This document shows, piece after piece, positions 24,904 through 32,000 of a DNA stretch of 32,000 bases. The stretch is from contig NC_009073.1 of assembly GCF_000015805.1 (NCBI RefSeq), forward strand, positions 240,001 to 272,000, in the 5' to 3' direction. Numbering within the stretch: the first letter of the stretch is position 1; each line of letters opens with the position of its first letter. A model generated the notes under the pieces. The model ran no database searches and had not been told where the DNA came from. It worked only from the letters and a program-made list of their open reading frames with translations. The position numbers and the translations under genes were made by a program. The stretch comes from Pyrobaculum calidifontis JCM 11548. Its GTDB lineage: Archaea > Thermoproteota > Thermoprotei > Thermoproteales > Thermoproteaceae.

Positions 24904-25257
24904 GAGAATCCCCAAAGGGGGTAGAAACAGCTTGACGTACCAGAACAGTACCTCAAAATCTCTTAGGTCCCGGAGAATCCCCAAAGGGGGTAGAAACACG
25001 AATTCGACGATTTTTTGTTCAATGTCCATGTCAAACTGAGAGAGAATCCCCAATGGGGGTAGAAAGCAACTTTCTTCTACCCCGGGTAAGCGAGATGTAT
25101 ATGTAAAGCCAGAGAATCCACAATGGGGGTAGAAACTTGATCTTCCTTGCTATAAGGGAGTTGAGCTCGCCCTCTTGAGGGAGAATCTCCAATGGGGGTG
25201 ACAAAATTCGCTTTTCCTCTCTTCTGTTAAACGGAGAATTTCCAGAGGAGTGGAAAC
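24904..25257 (+). CRISPR. CRISPR array 2: 6 repeats and 5 spacers (44, 44, 45, 44, 28 nt); distal repeats degenerate
   Basis: Repeats at 24904-24928, 24973-24997, 25042-25066 and 25112-25136 (one mismatch). Further repeats at 25181-25205 (gagaatctccaatgggggtgacaaa) and 25234-25257 (gagaatttccagaggagtggaaac). Decay away from the leader supports plus-strand orientation. Confidence 0.9.
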
Positions 25258-25322
25258 ACGTGTGGTCGAGCTAGGTTATGAGGGATTGGCCGAGGGGTAG
25301 GGGGCGTAGGTAATGGTTTGTG

Positions 25323-26602
25323 TTAAATGTAGTTTTTGACCACTTCGTGGTTTAGTATTTGGTCTATGTCGATGGTGTAGGCCAGCGTGGGGCCTCTCTC
25401 TCCTGGGCATATTTTCACCGCGGCGTCTAGGAGGCCGGCGTGCGCGGCGAAGTTCCGTATGTCGCGCTCGGTGATTTGCCCCCTTTGCAACCTCTCTGCC
25501 TCTTCCACTTTTCTGGGCCTACGTTTTTGAAGGCGTAGTACGGCGCGCAGTAGGCCGGTCTCTTTGTCAACAGCTTGTTCAACGCGGCGAGCTCTTCGTT
25601 TACCAGGGTCTCGTAGAGGGGGGATAACTTCCTGAAGTAGTCGCCCCTCATCTCGGTGACGACGTTGCTCCAACCAGCCTTGCACACCTCCCAGGCGAGC
25701 AACATCCCGTAGACCACCTCGGGGGGCTCTACGGCGGGCTTTTCCACTGCGCACTCCTCCGCCGCGCGTATTTTTACGCCTTGGACAAACCTCTCGACGA
25801 CTTCCTCCGCCTTTGGCGGCTCTGCCTCTCTGCAGGCGTAGTAGACGGCGAGGGGCGCTGCCAGGGCGAGGGCCCTTAGTACTTTGCCCGAGGCCCCGCC
25901 GGTTGCCCTGGCCGCGGCGAGGTCTATCCTCCTCACGTTGGCCTGGTACACCCTGGCCACCTCGTACTCGCCGCCGGCCGCCTCCACGGCGTTGAAGGTC
26001 TGGACCTTCGCCTCAGCCGCGCCCCTCGCCACAGCGAGCGAGGCCAGCATGTGGACGAGCTCGTACGCCAGCGTGGTGGCGTAGTTCACGCCGTGCGTCG
26101 TGTCTAAGTATATCTCGCTGGGCGCCTCGCCTCCGAGGAGGGCGTACAGCTCTGCCAGAGAGATGGAGAGGAAGGCCCTGGGGTCTCTCAACACGTGTCT
26201 ACACATCCCAAGCCTCCCCACCGCCGGCGCCACCACCACGTCCACCTCCCCGCCCCCAGACGCCTCGGCGACACATTTGACGTAGTTCACAACTGCCCTC
26301 CTCCACTCGCGGTAGTCCTCTGCCGCGGGGAAGATCTCCACGTCGCCGCCCCGCTCCCGCACCGACAGCCCCGCCTCTCTTGCGCAGTTCAGCGCGTCCT
26401 CGTTCACGAGGGCGCGAGGGGCCGCCGCCGCGGCGGCGCTGTCCAGGGCTATTACCACGACTCTGTCCACAACCCCCCTGTAGCAGGGCAAGTCGGTGAA
26501 GGTCTGGCCCTCTGGGCAGTTAAGCGGCGGGACGCCGGTGTACCTGGCCCTCCTCCACGTCAGCGGGCTCCCCCACGTGGCCACCAAGAGCCTCACGGGC
26601 AC
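25323..26602 (-). pseudogene. csx1: csx1 (CARF-HEPN ancillary RNase) interrupted by a frameshift near 25500-25530
   Basis: The 391-aa frame shows MPVRLLVATWGSPLTWRRARY...YLDTTHGVNYATTLAYELV, Csx1-like (compare P. furiosus Csx1 as I recall it: KLLVVSWG..., STHGLNY). The HEPN motif ERDIRNFAAHAGLLDAAV (RNxxAH) lies only in the overlapping ORF 25323-25754, in a different frame. Confidence 0.7.
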
Positions 26603-27426
26603 AGCAGACTGCCATAGCCCCTCTCCCTGTGCAACCCCGCCGAGGGGGCCGGCTCTCTGAGCCTAAGGGCCGTGCCCTGGGGCAACGCTTGGTATATGGC
26701 CCTCCTCCGCCTCAAGCTGAGGCTGTAGCCAAGGCCCACATACGTCGACTTGACCTTCGCCCTGCCGCCCTCCAACACGCCGTAGACCTCCTCCACGTTT
26801 TCAAGCCCCGATTTTTCAACTCCTGCGCTTTTCCCCACCTCTGCGTAGGGCCAATCGGCGTAGAAGAGCAGCGGCGAGAGGAGCACCCCCTCTCTACACG
26901 GCTTGGGGGCCACTTTGTCGTCGTCTTGCACTTCTACCACGGCCACTCTCCCCTCGCCTCCCACCCATTCCACGCCGCCTTTCAGCCCCTCGCAGTCGGC
27001 GTAGTATAGGTAGGCCACCTCTCTCGCCCCCTCGACCCACAGGTACTTGGCGTAGTAGAGGTTTTGCACAACCTTGTCCCTAAGGCGGACCCCCGGCCTC
27101 TCCAGCTCCACTACCTCGTACCTCGCCCTGGGGGGCTCCCCCTCGCCCTTGGCGGCCGCGATGTACCTTCCCGCCTCTTCCACTGGGTAGAGGGAGGACG
27201 CGGCTTGGAAGTAGAGGCGCCCGTCCACTTCCACTAGGGGGCCCCAGAGCTGTCTGCAGAGCTGGAAGGGGTCTCCCCCGCGCACCCCCGCCAGGGAGGC
27301 CAACACCCCTATGGCCGTGCTGGGCATGATGGTCGCATACACCGCGTCTGCGCCTATGTCGTCTACGCCGCTGACCTGCTTAGCGCCGACGTGGATGGGC
27401 TCCAAAAGCCTAATTTTGACGATCAT
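26593..27426 (-). CDS. cmr3: Cmr3 (type III-B RAMP subunit)
   Basis: ATGA overlap with cas10. MIVKIRLLEPIHVGA...IMPSTAIGVLASLAG matches the Cmr3 P-x-PST-x-G pattern. Position after cmr2 also fits. Confidence 0.7.
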   Translation of the reverse strand: MIVKIRLLEPIHVGAKQVSGVDDIGADAVYATIMPSTAIGVLASLAGVRGGDPFQLCRQLWGPLVEVDGRLYFQAASSLYPVEEAGRYIAAAKGEGEPPRARYEVVELERPGVRLRDKVVQNLYYAKYLWVEGAREVAYLYYADCEGLKGGVEWVGGEGRVAVVEVQDDDKVAPKPCREGVLLSPLLFYADWPYAEVGKSAGVEKSGLENVEEVYGVLEGGRAKVKSTYVGLGYSLSLRRRRAIYQALPQGTALRLREPAPSAGLHRERGYGSLLCP

Positions 27427-30230
27427 GGCAACCTCCTGAGTATCTTCATGGCCTCTTTCAGCCCCTCGCCTGCCTCTGCGCCGTATTTCTCAATGAAGCA
27501 GAGGAGGCGGGTTAGAGTCTCGGGGGAGAGCTCCCTGGCGTTTCTCTTTAGGGCGTAGCGCCACGCCTTTAAATACGCGGCTAAGTCCCTCTTCAGATCC
27601 TCGTAGGCGTCGAGGTCGTGGGGCGCGTTCTTGCTGAGGCGCCCAAGGGCCATGAGGAGCCAGAGCTCCTTCAGCCTCTCCACGGCCTCTCTGGGCCGCC
27701 TAAAGGGGAGGACCGCCTTTGCCTCAACCCTCGAGCTGGTGATCGTAAGGGAGTCTTTTTCAAAGCAGTCCCACCTGCCCCCTTTGGCCAAGTGCTCTAG
27801 GTCGTGGTAGGACTTCCCAAGCTCCTCAGACATTAGGTCCATTAGGTGGACGAAGCGCACCGCCGTGCTTCTCCCATACGCCGCCAGGGCTGGCACGGGG
27901 TAGTTGTCCACAATGTGGAAGCCCCCTTCTCCCCAGTAGTTCTCTCTGTACTCCGCGGCGGCGTCTAGCGCAGTCTCCACGGGCAACAGCGCCACTACGT
28001 CGTCGCCGCCGGCGTATATCAACAGGCCGCGGTGCTTCTCCGTGGTGGCCAAGTCCTTCAGCGAGGTGAGCACCATGGCGCGGTTCACCGCCACGCGGTA
28101 GGTGGGGGTAATCACCACGGGGGGCGGCACGCCGAAGGAGCGCATGTGCTCTTCTACGGCGCGGAGCACCTCCAGCGCCTTCTCGCGGCCCTCCGCCCCC
28201 ACGCCTTCCACCACCTCCGCCACCGCCCCATACCAGTTGACCGGGAGGTGGCCCTCCAGCAACTTCCCAACGCTGTCCCCGTCCGCCCTCACCACCGCGT
28301 AGAAGAGCCTGGGGCCCGCGAACTCCTCAACAGCCTTCCCCACGTCCCCCTCTACGCCAAAGATCTCTCTCACGAGTCTCTCTACCCCCCGGAGCCTGCC
28401 GAATTTTTTAAAGCAGTTGTCCCAGTCCCGTCTCATGGCCTCTGGGTTTCCCCAAATGACCTCAAGGTCTCTGCCCCCCGTTGTCCTCAAATAGTTGACC
28501 ACCTTAACACACTCCTGTACTCTATCTAACTCTGCATAGTGTTGCTCGTGACTCTCAGCCAGCTTTACCACTGCCACGTCCTCTGTGCTTTCAAATTTTA
28601 TGAGCTCCCGGTCGGCGGCTCTGAGGTATATCAGCCTCTTGGCCAAGCACACTGGGCCTAGGTACTCGCCGGGCCGCAACACTTTGCGCAAGTGGTTCTT
28701 CAGTCTACTCACTTCTATCCCCACTTCTGCAGATATCCGCCTCAAGTCCTCCTCGTTGTAGTCCTCCCTCCCCTCCCTCGCCACCTTCCTCACTCCGACG
28801 ACGGCGGGCTCAGAGCCGCAGAGACTACAGACCCTCCAGTTTGGGTCTAGTGGGAAGTTGAAGTGGGGGTTGAGGTCGTCGTATCCGCCCGGCTTAAACC
28901 AGGGGCCTCGCGTGGGGATGAACCTGCGCCTCTGGGGTTCCACGAGCTTTGTCCCCTCCCTCCCCCCTCTCAATACGGCGTCGAAGAGGAAGAGGATTTT
29001 GCAGCGCTCCTCGCCGTCCCCCAACGCCTCTTCTATGGCCTTCGCCACCTCCCTTGGACACTTTATGCTGTCATACACAGCGCCGACGTCCACCACCTCC
29101 ACTCTCAGCGGGAGCCTAAGCTCTGCGTACTTCTGCAACCATGCCGCAATTTTTTCCACCTCGCCTCCGCCTCTTCCCTCTCCGCGCCCCTCCTCTACCA
29201 CTTTGAAGAAGTCTTCGCAGTACTCATCCCCCGCGCCCCGTTGCCCCTTTGCGAAATGGGTTAGACACTCGACGGCCCTCTTGAACCTGTCTCGGACAGC
29301 CTCTCTCACCTCCTCGGCCCCGCCCCAGCTGGCAATTTTGTCCCCCTCGACGCGGTACGGCGGCAGGACAATCTGGGCCCTCTCCCCAATCAGCGGCTGG
29401 ACAACGGCAAAGTTGACCAAGTCGTAAAACGACTCTCCTTTGACGTAGGGGGACAGCAATTTGGCAAAGACGCCGTGTTCCACCCCCAGCCCCCGGGCGG
29501 CGGCGAAGGCGTAGTAGTAGGGGTTGAGCCTCGCCGTGGGCCTCAGGAGCACGTCGGGGCCGTACTCCCAGGCAAAGGGCCACACGGTGAGCCACACCGC
29601 CATGGACAAGGCCCAGCTACCTGCCCAAATGTCGCCGGCCTTTCTCCCAGCCTTGACGAAGTCTTGCACCCCCGGCACGTCTAAGGTGACGAAGTAGCCG
29701 GAGGGCTTGCCCCCGGCGAGGAGCCAGTTGGCCACCATGGCCGTCGCGTACAAGTGGTCAAACACGTCGTGGGTGGGGGCCCTCGGGTCTGCGAGGCTTG
29801 GCCCAAGCCCCTCGTCAATCCACAGGGCCTCGAATAGGGCGTAGAGGACGTGGTACGCCTCTCTAGGCCCCTTAGCCGCCCTCACTCGGCCGCCCAGATT
29901 CTCGACGTACTCGGCGACTTTCCCCGGGTCCGGCGGCGCGAGGGCGCGCCACAGGCGTGGGTTGAAGAGGTTGTGGAGCTTGTCGTACTTCACGCCCTCC
30001 CCGCCCCCCGAGTAGAAGGCGTATCTGTCCATGGAGGCGGCCATGCGGTCCGCCAGCTTGACCACCTCCCTCGCCCACTCCGGCAGTTCGCCGTCTAGCG
30101 GGCTCCCGCGGCGCACCTTGTTGAACATGTCCCAGGCCCGCTCCTCGTGGCCCTTTAGCCCCCACATTTTGTCGGGCGGGTCGTGGAAGAGGGCGTACGC
30201 CTTTGTCAAAAAGAACTCGCGCAAGTCCAT
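27423..30230 (-). CDS. cas10: Cas10/Cmr2 large subunit, type III-B
   Basis: 935 aa. N-terminal YALFHDPPDK...HEERA (Cmr2-type HD region), FYAVVRADGDSVGKLL (palm 1), a CSLCG...C zinc-finger-like cluster, and LIYAGGDDVVALLP (GGDD cyclase motif). Confidence 0.9.
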   Translation of the reverse strand: MDLREFFLTKAYALFHDPPDKMWGLKGHEERAWDMFNKVRRGSPLDGELPEWAREVVKLADRMAASMDRYAFYSGGGEGVKYDKLHNLFNPRLWRALAPPDPGKVAEYVENLGGRVRAAKGPREAYHVLYALFEALWIDEGLGPSLADPRAPTHDVFDHLYATAMVANWLLAGGKPSGYFVTLDVPGVQDFVKAGRKAGDIWAGSWALSMAVWLTVWPFAWEYGPDVLLRPTARLNPYYYAFAAARGLGVEHGVFAKLLSPYVKGESFYDLVNFAVVQPLIGERAQIVLPPYRVEGDKIASWGGAEEVREAVRDRFKRAVECLTHFAKGQRGAGDEYCEDFFKVVEEGRGEGRGGGEVEKIAAWLQKYAELRLPLRVEVVDVGAVYDSIKCPREVAKAIEEALGDGEERCKILFLFDAVLRGGREGTKLVEPQRRRFIPTRGPWFKPGGYDDLNPHFNFPLDPNWRVCSLCGSEPAVVGVRKVAREGREDYNEEDLRRISAEVGIEVSRLKNHLRKVLRPGEYLGPVCLAKRLIYLRAADRELIKFESTEDVAVVKLAESHEQHYAELDRVQECVKVVNYLRTTGGRDLEVIWGNPEAMRRDWDNCFKKFGRLRGVERLVREIFGVEGDVGKAVEEFAGPRLFYAVVRADGDSVGKLLEGHLPVNWYGAVAEVVEGVGAEGREKALEVLRAVEEHMRSFGVPPPVVITPTYRVAVNRAMVLTSLKDLATTEKHRGLLIYAGGDDVVALLPVETALDAAAEYRENYWGEGGFHIVDNYPVPALAAYGRSTAVRFVHLMDLMSEELGKSYHDLEHLAKGGRWDCFEKDSLTITSSRVEAKAVLPFRRPREAVERLKELWLLMALGRLSKNAPHDLDAYEDLKRDLAAYLKAWRYALKRNARELSPETLTRLLCFIEKYGAEAGEGLKEAMKILRRLP

Positions 30231-30241
30231 ACACTGGAAAA

Positions 30242-30256
30242 ATTAAAATATTAAAT
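30242..30256. promoter_or_regulatory. Overlapping opposite-strand TATA boxes in the 38-bp cas10/cmr4 intergenic region
   Basis: ATTAAAATATTAAAT. On the plus strand attaaaat (30242) is 27 nt from ATG 30269. On the minus strand atttaata (30256) is 26 nt from ATG 30230. Confidence 0.55.
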
Positions 30257-30268
30257 CTTTTACAGTCT

Positions 30269-31171
30269 ATGGACAGAGTTAGCAGGGGGCTCCTCATATA
30301 CGCCGTCACGCCGCTGCACGTGGGCGTGGGGAGGGCCGAGGGGGCCCACGTCGACCTCCCAGTGCAGCGAGACGAGTTCGGCCTGCCCACCATATGGGCG
30401 TCGTCGCTTAAGGGCAGCTTGAAGAGCCACGCGAGGAGCCGCTCGCCCAACGACGCCAAGCTCGTCTTCGGCCCCGACCCAGACGGGGGGCCTCCCGACC
30501 ACGCCTCCGGCGCCGCCCTGTTAGACGCCAGGCTTTTGGCCATCCCGGCCCGCTCCGTGAGGGGGGTATGGGCCTACGTGACCTCTCCCCACATGTTGCG
30601 GACCTTTGTAACCTACGCCGAGGCCCTCGGCGCGTTTCAGCCCCTTGCCGAAAAGGCCTGCGCCCTGCTTCAAGCTACTGCGGGCTTGAGCGAGGGGAGG
30701 GCCGCGGTGTCGGACCACGCGCTCCTCCACGGGGGACGGCTCTTTCTGAACGAGGTGGAGCTCCAGGCGGAGGTGAAGAGGGAGGTGGGGGACTTCATAG
30801 AGGAGTTAGACAAGGCGCTGGGGGGAGATCTCCCGAAGAAGGCCCTGGCCGTGGTCAGCGACGACGTTGCTAAAGAGGTGGTGAACAGGTCCACGCTTGT
30901 CCAATACAGAGTGAGGCTGGACAGCGCTAGGAAGACAGTGGTAGAAGGCGCGCTGTGGAGCGAGGAGTACGTGCCCCAGTTCACCGTCTTCGCCTCAGGG
31001 GTGGTTTGTAGGCCCGTGGCGCTCAAAGACGCGACGATAAAGGCGGAGGAGATATGTGAAAAGTTTACAAAGCTGTTGACGAATGGGCAGGGGAACAAGG
31101 CCAACGTGTGGGTCGGGGGTAAGGAGACGATTGGGAAAGGGCTCATCTCGGTGTACATATGGACGAGGTAG
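30269..31171 (+). CDS. cmr4: Cmr4 (type III-B backbone RAMP/target RNase subunit)
   Basis: MDRVSRGLLIYAVTPLHVGVGRAEGAHVDLPVQRDEFGLPTIWASSLKGSLKS...LLDARLLAIPARSVRGVWAYVTSP is a classic Cmr4 pattern. The ORF-track start at 30203 overlaps cas10 and is rejected. Confidence 0.8.
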   Translation: MDRVSRGLLIYAVTPLHVGVGRAEGAHVDLPVQRDEFGLPTIWASSLKGSLKSHARSRSPNDAKLVFGPDPDGGPPDHASGAALLDARLLAIPARSVRGVWAYVTSPHMLRTFVTYAEALGAFQPLAEKACALLQATAGLSEGRAAVSDHALLHGGRLFLNEVELQAEVKREVGDFIEELDKALGGDLPKKALAVVSDDVAKEVVNRSTLVQYRVRLDSARKTVVEGALWSEEYVPQFTVFASGVVCRPVALKDATIKAEEICEKFTKLLTNGQGNKANVWVGGKETIGKGLISVYIWTR

Positions 31172-31584
31172 AGGTGGCAATTGAGTGCACCAAGGCGGTG
31201 GCCGAGGCGGCCGACGGCGACGTGAGGAGGAGGTACGCCCAGCGGTGCCGCGCGTTCCACGCCGAGATCTTCACCCTCGGGGTGGCCCACGTAGTGGCGC
31301 TAGCCGCGGCGCGGGCTGGCGCCAAGGCGGTGGAGGCGGGGCTTAGGCATTCCACCTGCGGCGAGGTGGTCAAGGCCGCGCTGGCGGAGGCCGGGGGCCC
31401 CGAGGAGAAGTCCTACGGCCTCTACGGCGCGGTACTGCTCTACGCGATGAGGAGGAGGGGCTATGTGAAGTCCACAACGCTCCTAGACGCGTTAGGCGAG
31501 CTGAAGGACCCCGCGCTAAACGCCGCGGCGTACCGAGCCGCCGAGTGGCTAAAGAGGCTTGCCGAGGCCTACTTTAAGGCATGA
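31159..31584 (+). CDS. cmr5: Cmr5 (type III-B small subunit)
   Basis: A 141-aa all-helical Ala-rich protein between cmr4 and a RAMP gene, overlapping both neighbours. Confidence 0.65.
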   Translation: MDEVEVAIECTKAVAEAADGDVRRRYAQRCRAFHAEIFTLGVAHVVALAAARAGAKAVEAGLRHSTCGEVVKAALAEAGGPEEKSYGLYGAVLLYAMRRRGYVKSTTLLDALGELKDPALNAAAYRAAEWLKRLAEAYFKA

Positions 31585-32000
31585 GGGCCCTCTTCAGAGC
31601 CACAATCGCCACCCCCCTCTCCCTGGGCTGGTACGAGCCGGGGGTCCTCGACGAGCGTTTCTACATCCGCCCCGCGTCTGTGAAAGGGGTTTGGCGCTGG
31701 TGGGCCAGGGCGTTTGTAGGCGGAGTGCTCTACGAGAGGGGGTGCCTAAAGGGGAGAAGGGGTAGGGACGTCTTCTTAGCCCCCACGCGGGAGGAGGCGG
31801 AGGCCGTGATGAGGCACGTTGGGAAGACGCTGGGGTTGGGATACGCCGGGGAGGAGGGGGCGCAGGCCTCACAGTTTAGGCTGAGGGTGAGAGTCCTCCG
31901 CAGGCCCGAGAAGGGCGTCGCCAGGCGCAGGGAGGGCCTCGTGAGAGTGGCCGGGCGGCAGGCCGCTCTGCAGAGGTTTAAGCTCCTCACGTTAAACAAC
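31581..32000 (+). CDS. cmr1: Cmr1-like RAMP protein (N-terminal 140 codons; continues beyond the window)
   Basis: Own translation from the ATG at 31581 (ATGA overlap with cmr5) reads MRALFRATIATPLSLGWYEPGVLDERFYIRPASVKGVWRWWARAFVGG. The KGxxRwWxRA motif is typical of Cmr1. The frame is open to position 32000. It is not in the ORF track because there is no stop. Confidence 0.6.
   Translation, partial: MRALFRATIATPLSLGWYEPGVLDERFYIRPASVKGVWRWWARAFVGGVLYERGCLKGRRGRDVFLAPTREEAEAVMRHVGKTLGLGYAGEEGAQASQFRLRVRVLRRPEKGVARRREGLVRVAGRQAALQRFKLLTLNN

Noticed and set aside
24645-25053. ORFs 24645-24956, 24653-24856 and 24757-25053 on the minus strand
   Set aside because: They cover leader 2 and CRISPR array 2. 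Their translated repeats (PPLGIL motifs recurring) show they are repeat-derived artefacts.
30203-30268. ORF-track start of cmr4 at 30203
   Set aside because: It would overlap the cas10 start codon and read through the A/T-rich promoter. ATG 30269 gives the canonical Cmr4 N-terminus and 27-nt TATA spacing.
1-32000. Search for transposases, integrases, IS-type inverted repeats, tRNA or rRNA genes
   Set aside because: No ORF shows DDE, tyrosine- or serine-recombinase motifs that I can recognise, and no rRNA- or tRNA-like sequence was seen. The island's mobility therefore cannot be supported from this window.

Overview
This is a high-GC archaeal chromosome segment. It is most likely Thermoproteales (Pyrobaculum/Thermoproteus-like), inferred from the PaREP1 paralogues, the CRISPR repeat type, and TATA boxes sitting about 26-27 nt upstream of start codons (leaderless genes). 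Positions 1 to ~12 kb look ordinary. They hold a partial aIF2-gamma gene and an Fbp/Pot-type ABC importer (ATPase, fused double permease, and a substrate-binding protein encoded 2.6 kb away). They also hold a class-V aminotransferase, a DsbA-like oxidoreductase, two translationally coupled surface-anchored proteins and a DUF504 gene. From ~12 kb to 32 kb the window is a defence/accessory island. In order it contains a HEPN-MNT pair, three PaREP1 paralogues, and two paralogous membrane proteins behind cas6. Next come a decayed adaptation module (frameshifted csa1, a cas1 fragment, a csa3-like remnant) and two mini CRISPR arrays with duplicated 173-nt leaders. These arrays bracket csa3 and an uncharacterised ATGA-coupled three-gene cassette (ABC/SMC-type ATPase, a Cys-rich PD-(D/E)xK-like protein, and an unknown protein). 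A candidate C/D-box sRNA follows, then a type III-B Cmr module (csx1-cmr3-cas10 divergent from cmr4-cmr5-cmr1). In that module csx1 appears split by a frameshift that puts its HEPN RNase motif out of frame. The best candidate for an undescribed system is the ATPase cassette between the arrays. The tandem membrane proteins downstream of cas6 are second. All calls come from reading the sequence and ORF translations by eye; no database search was possible.
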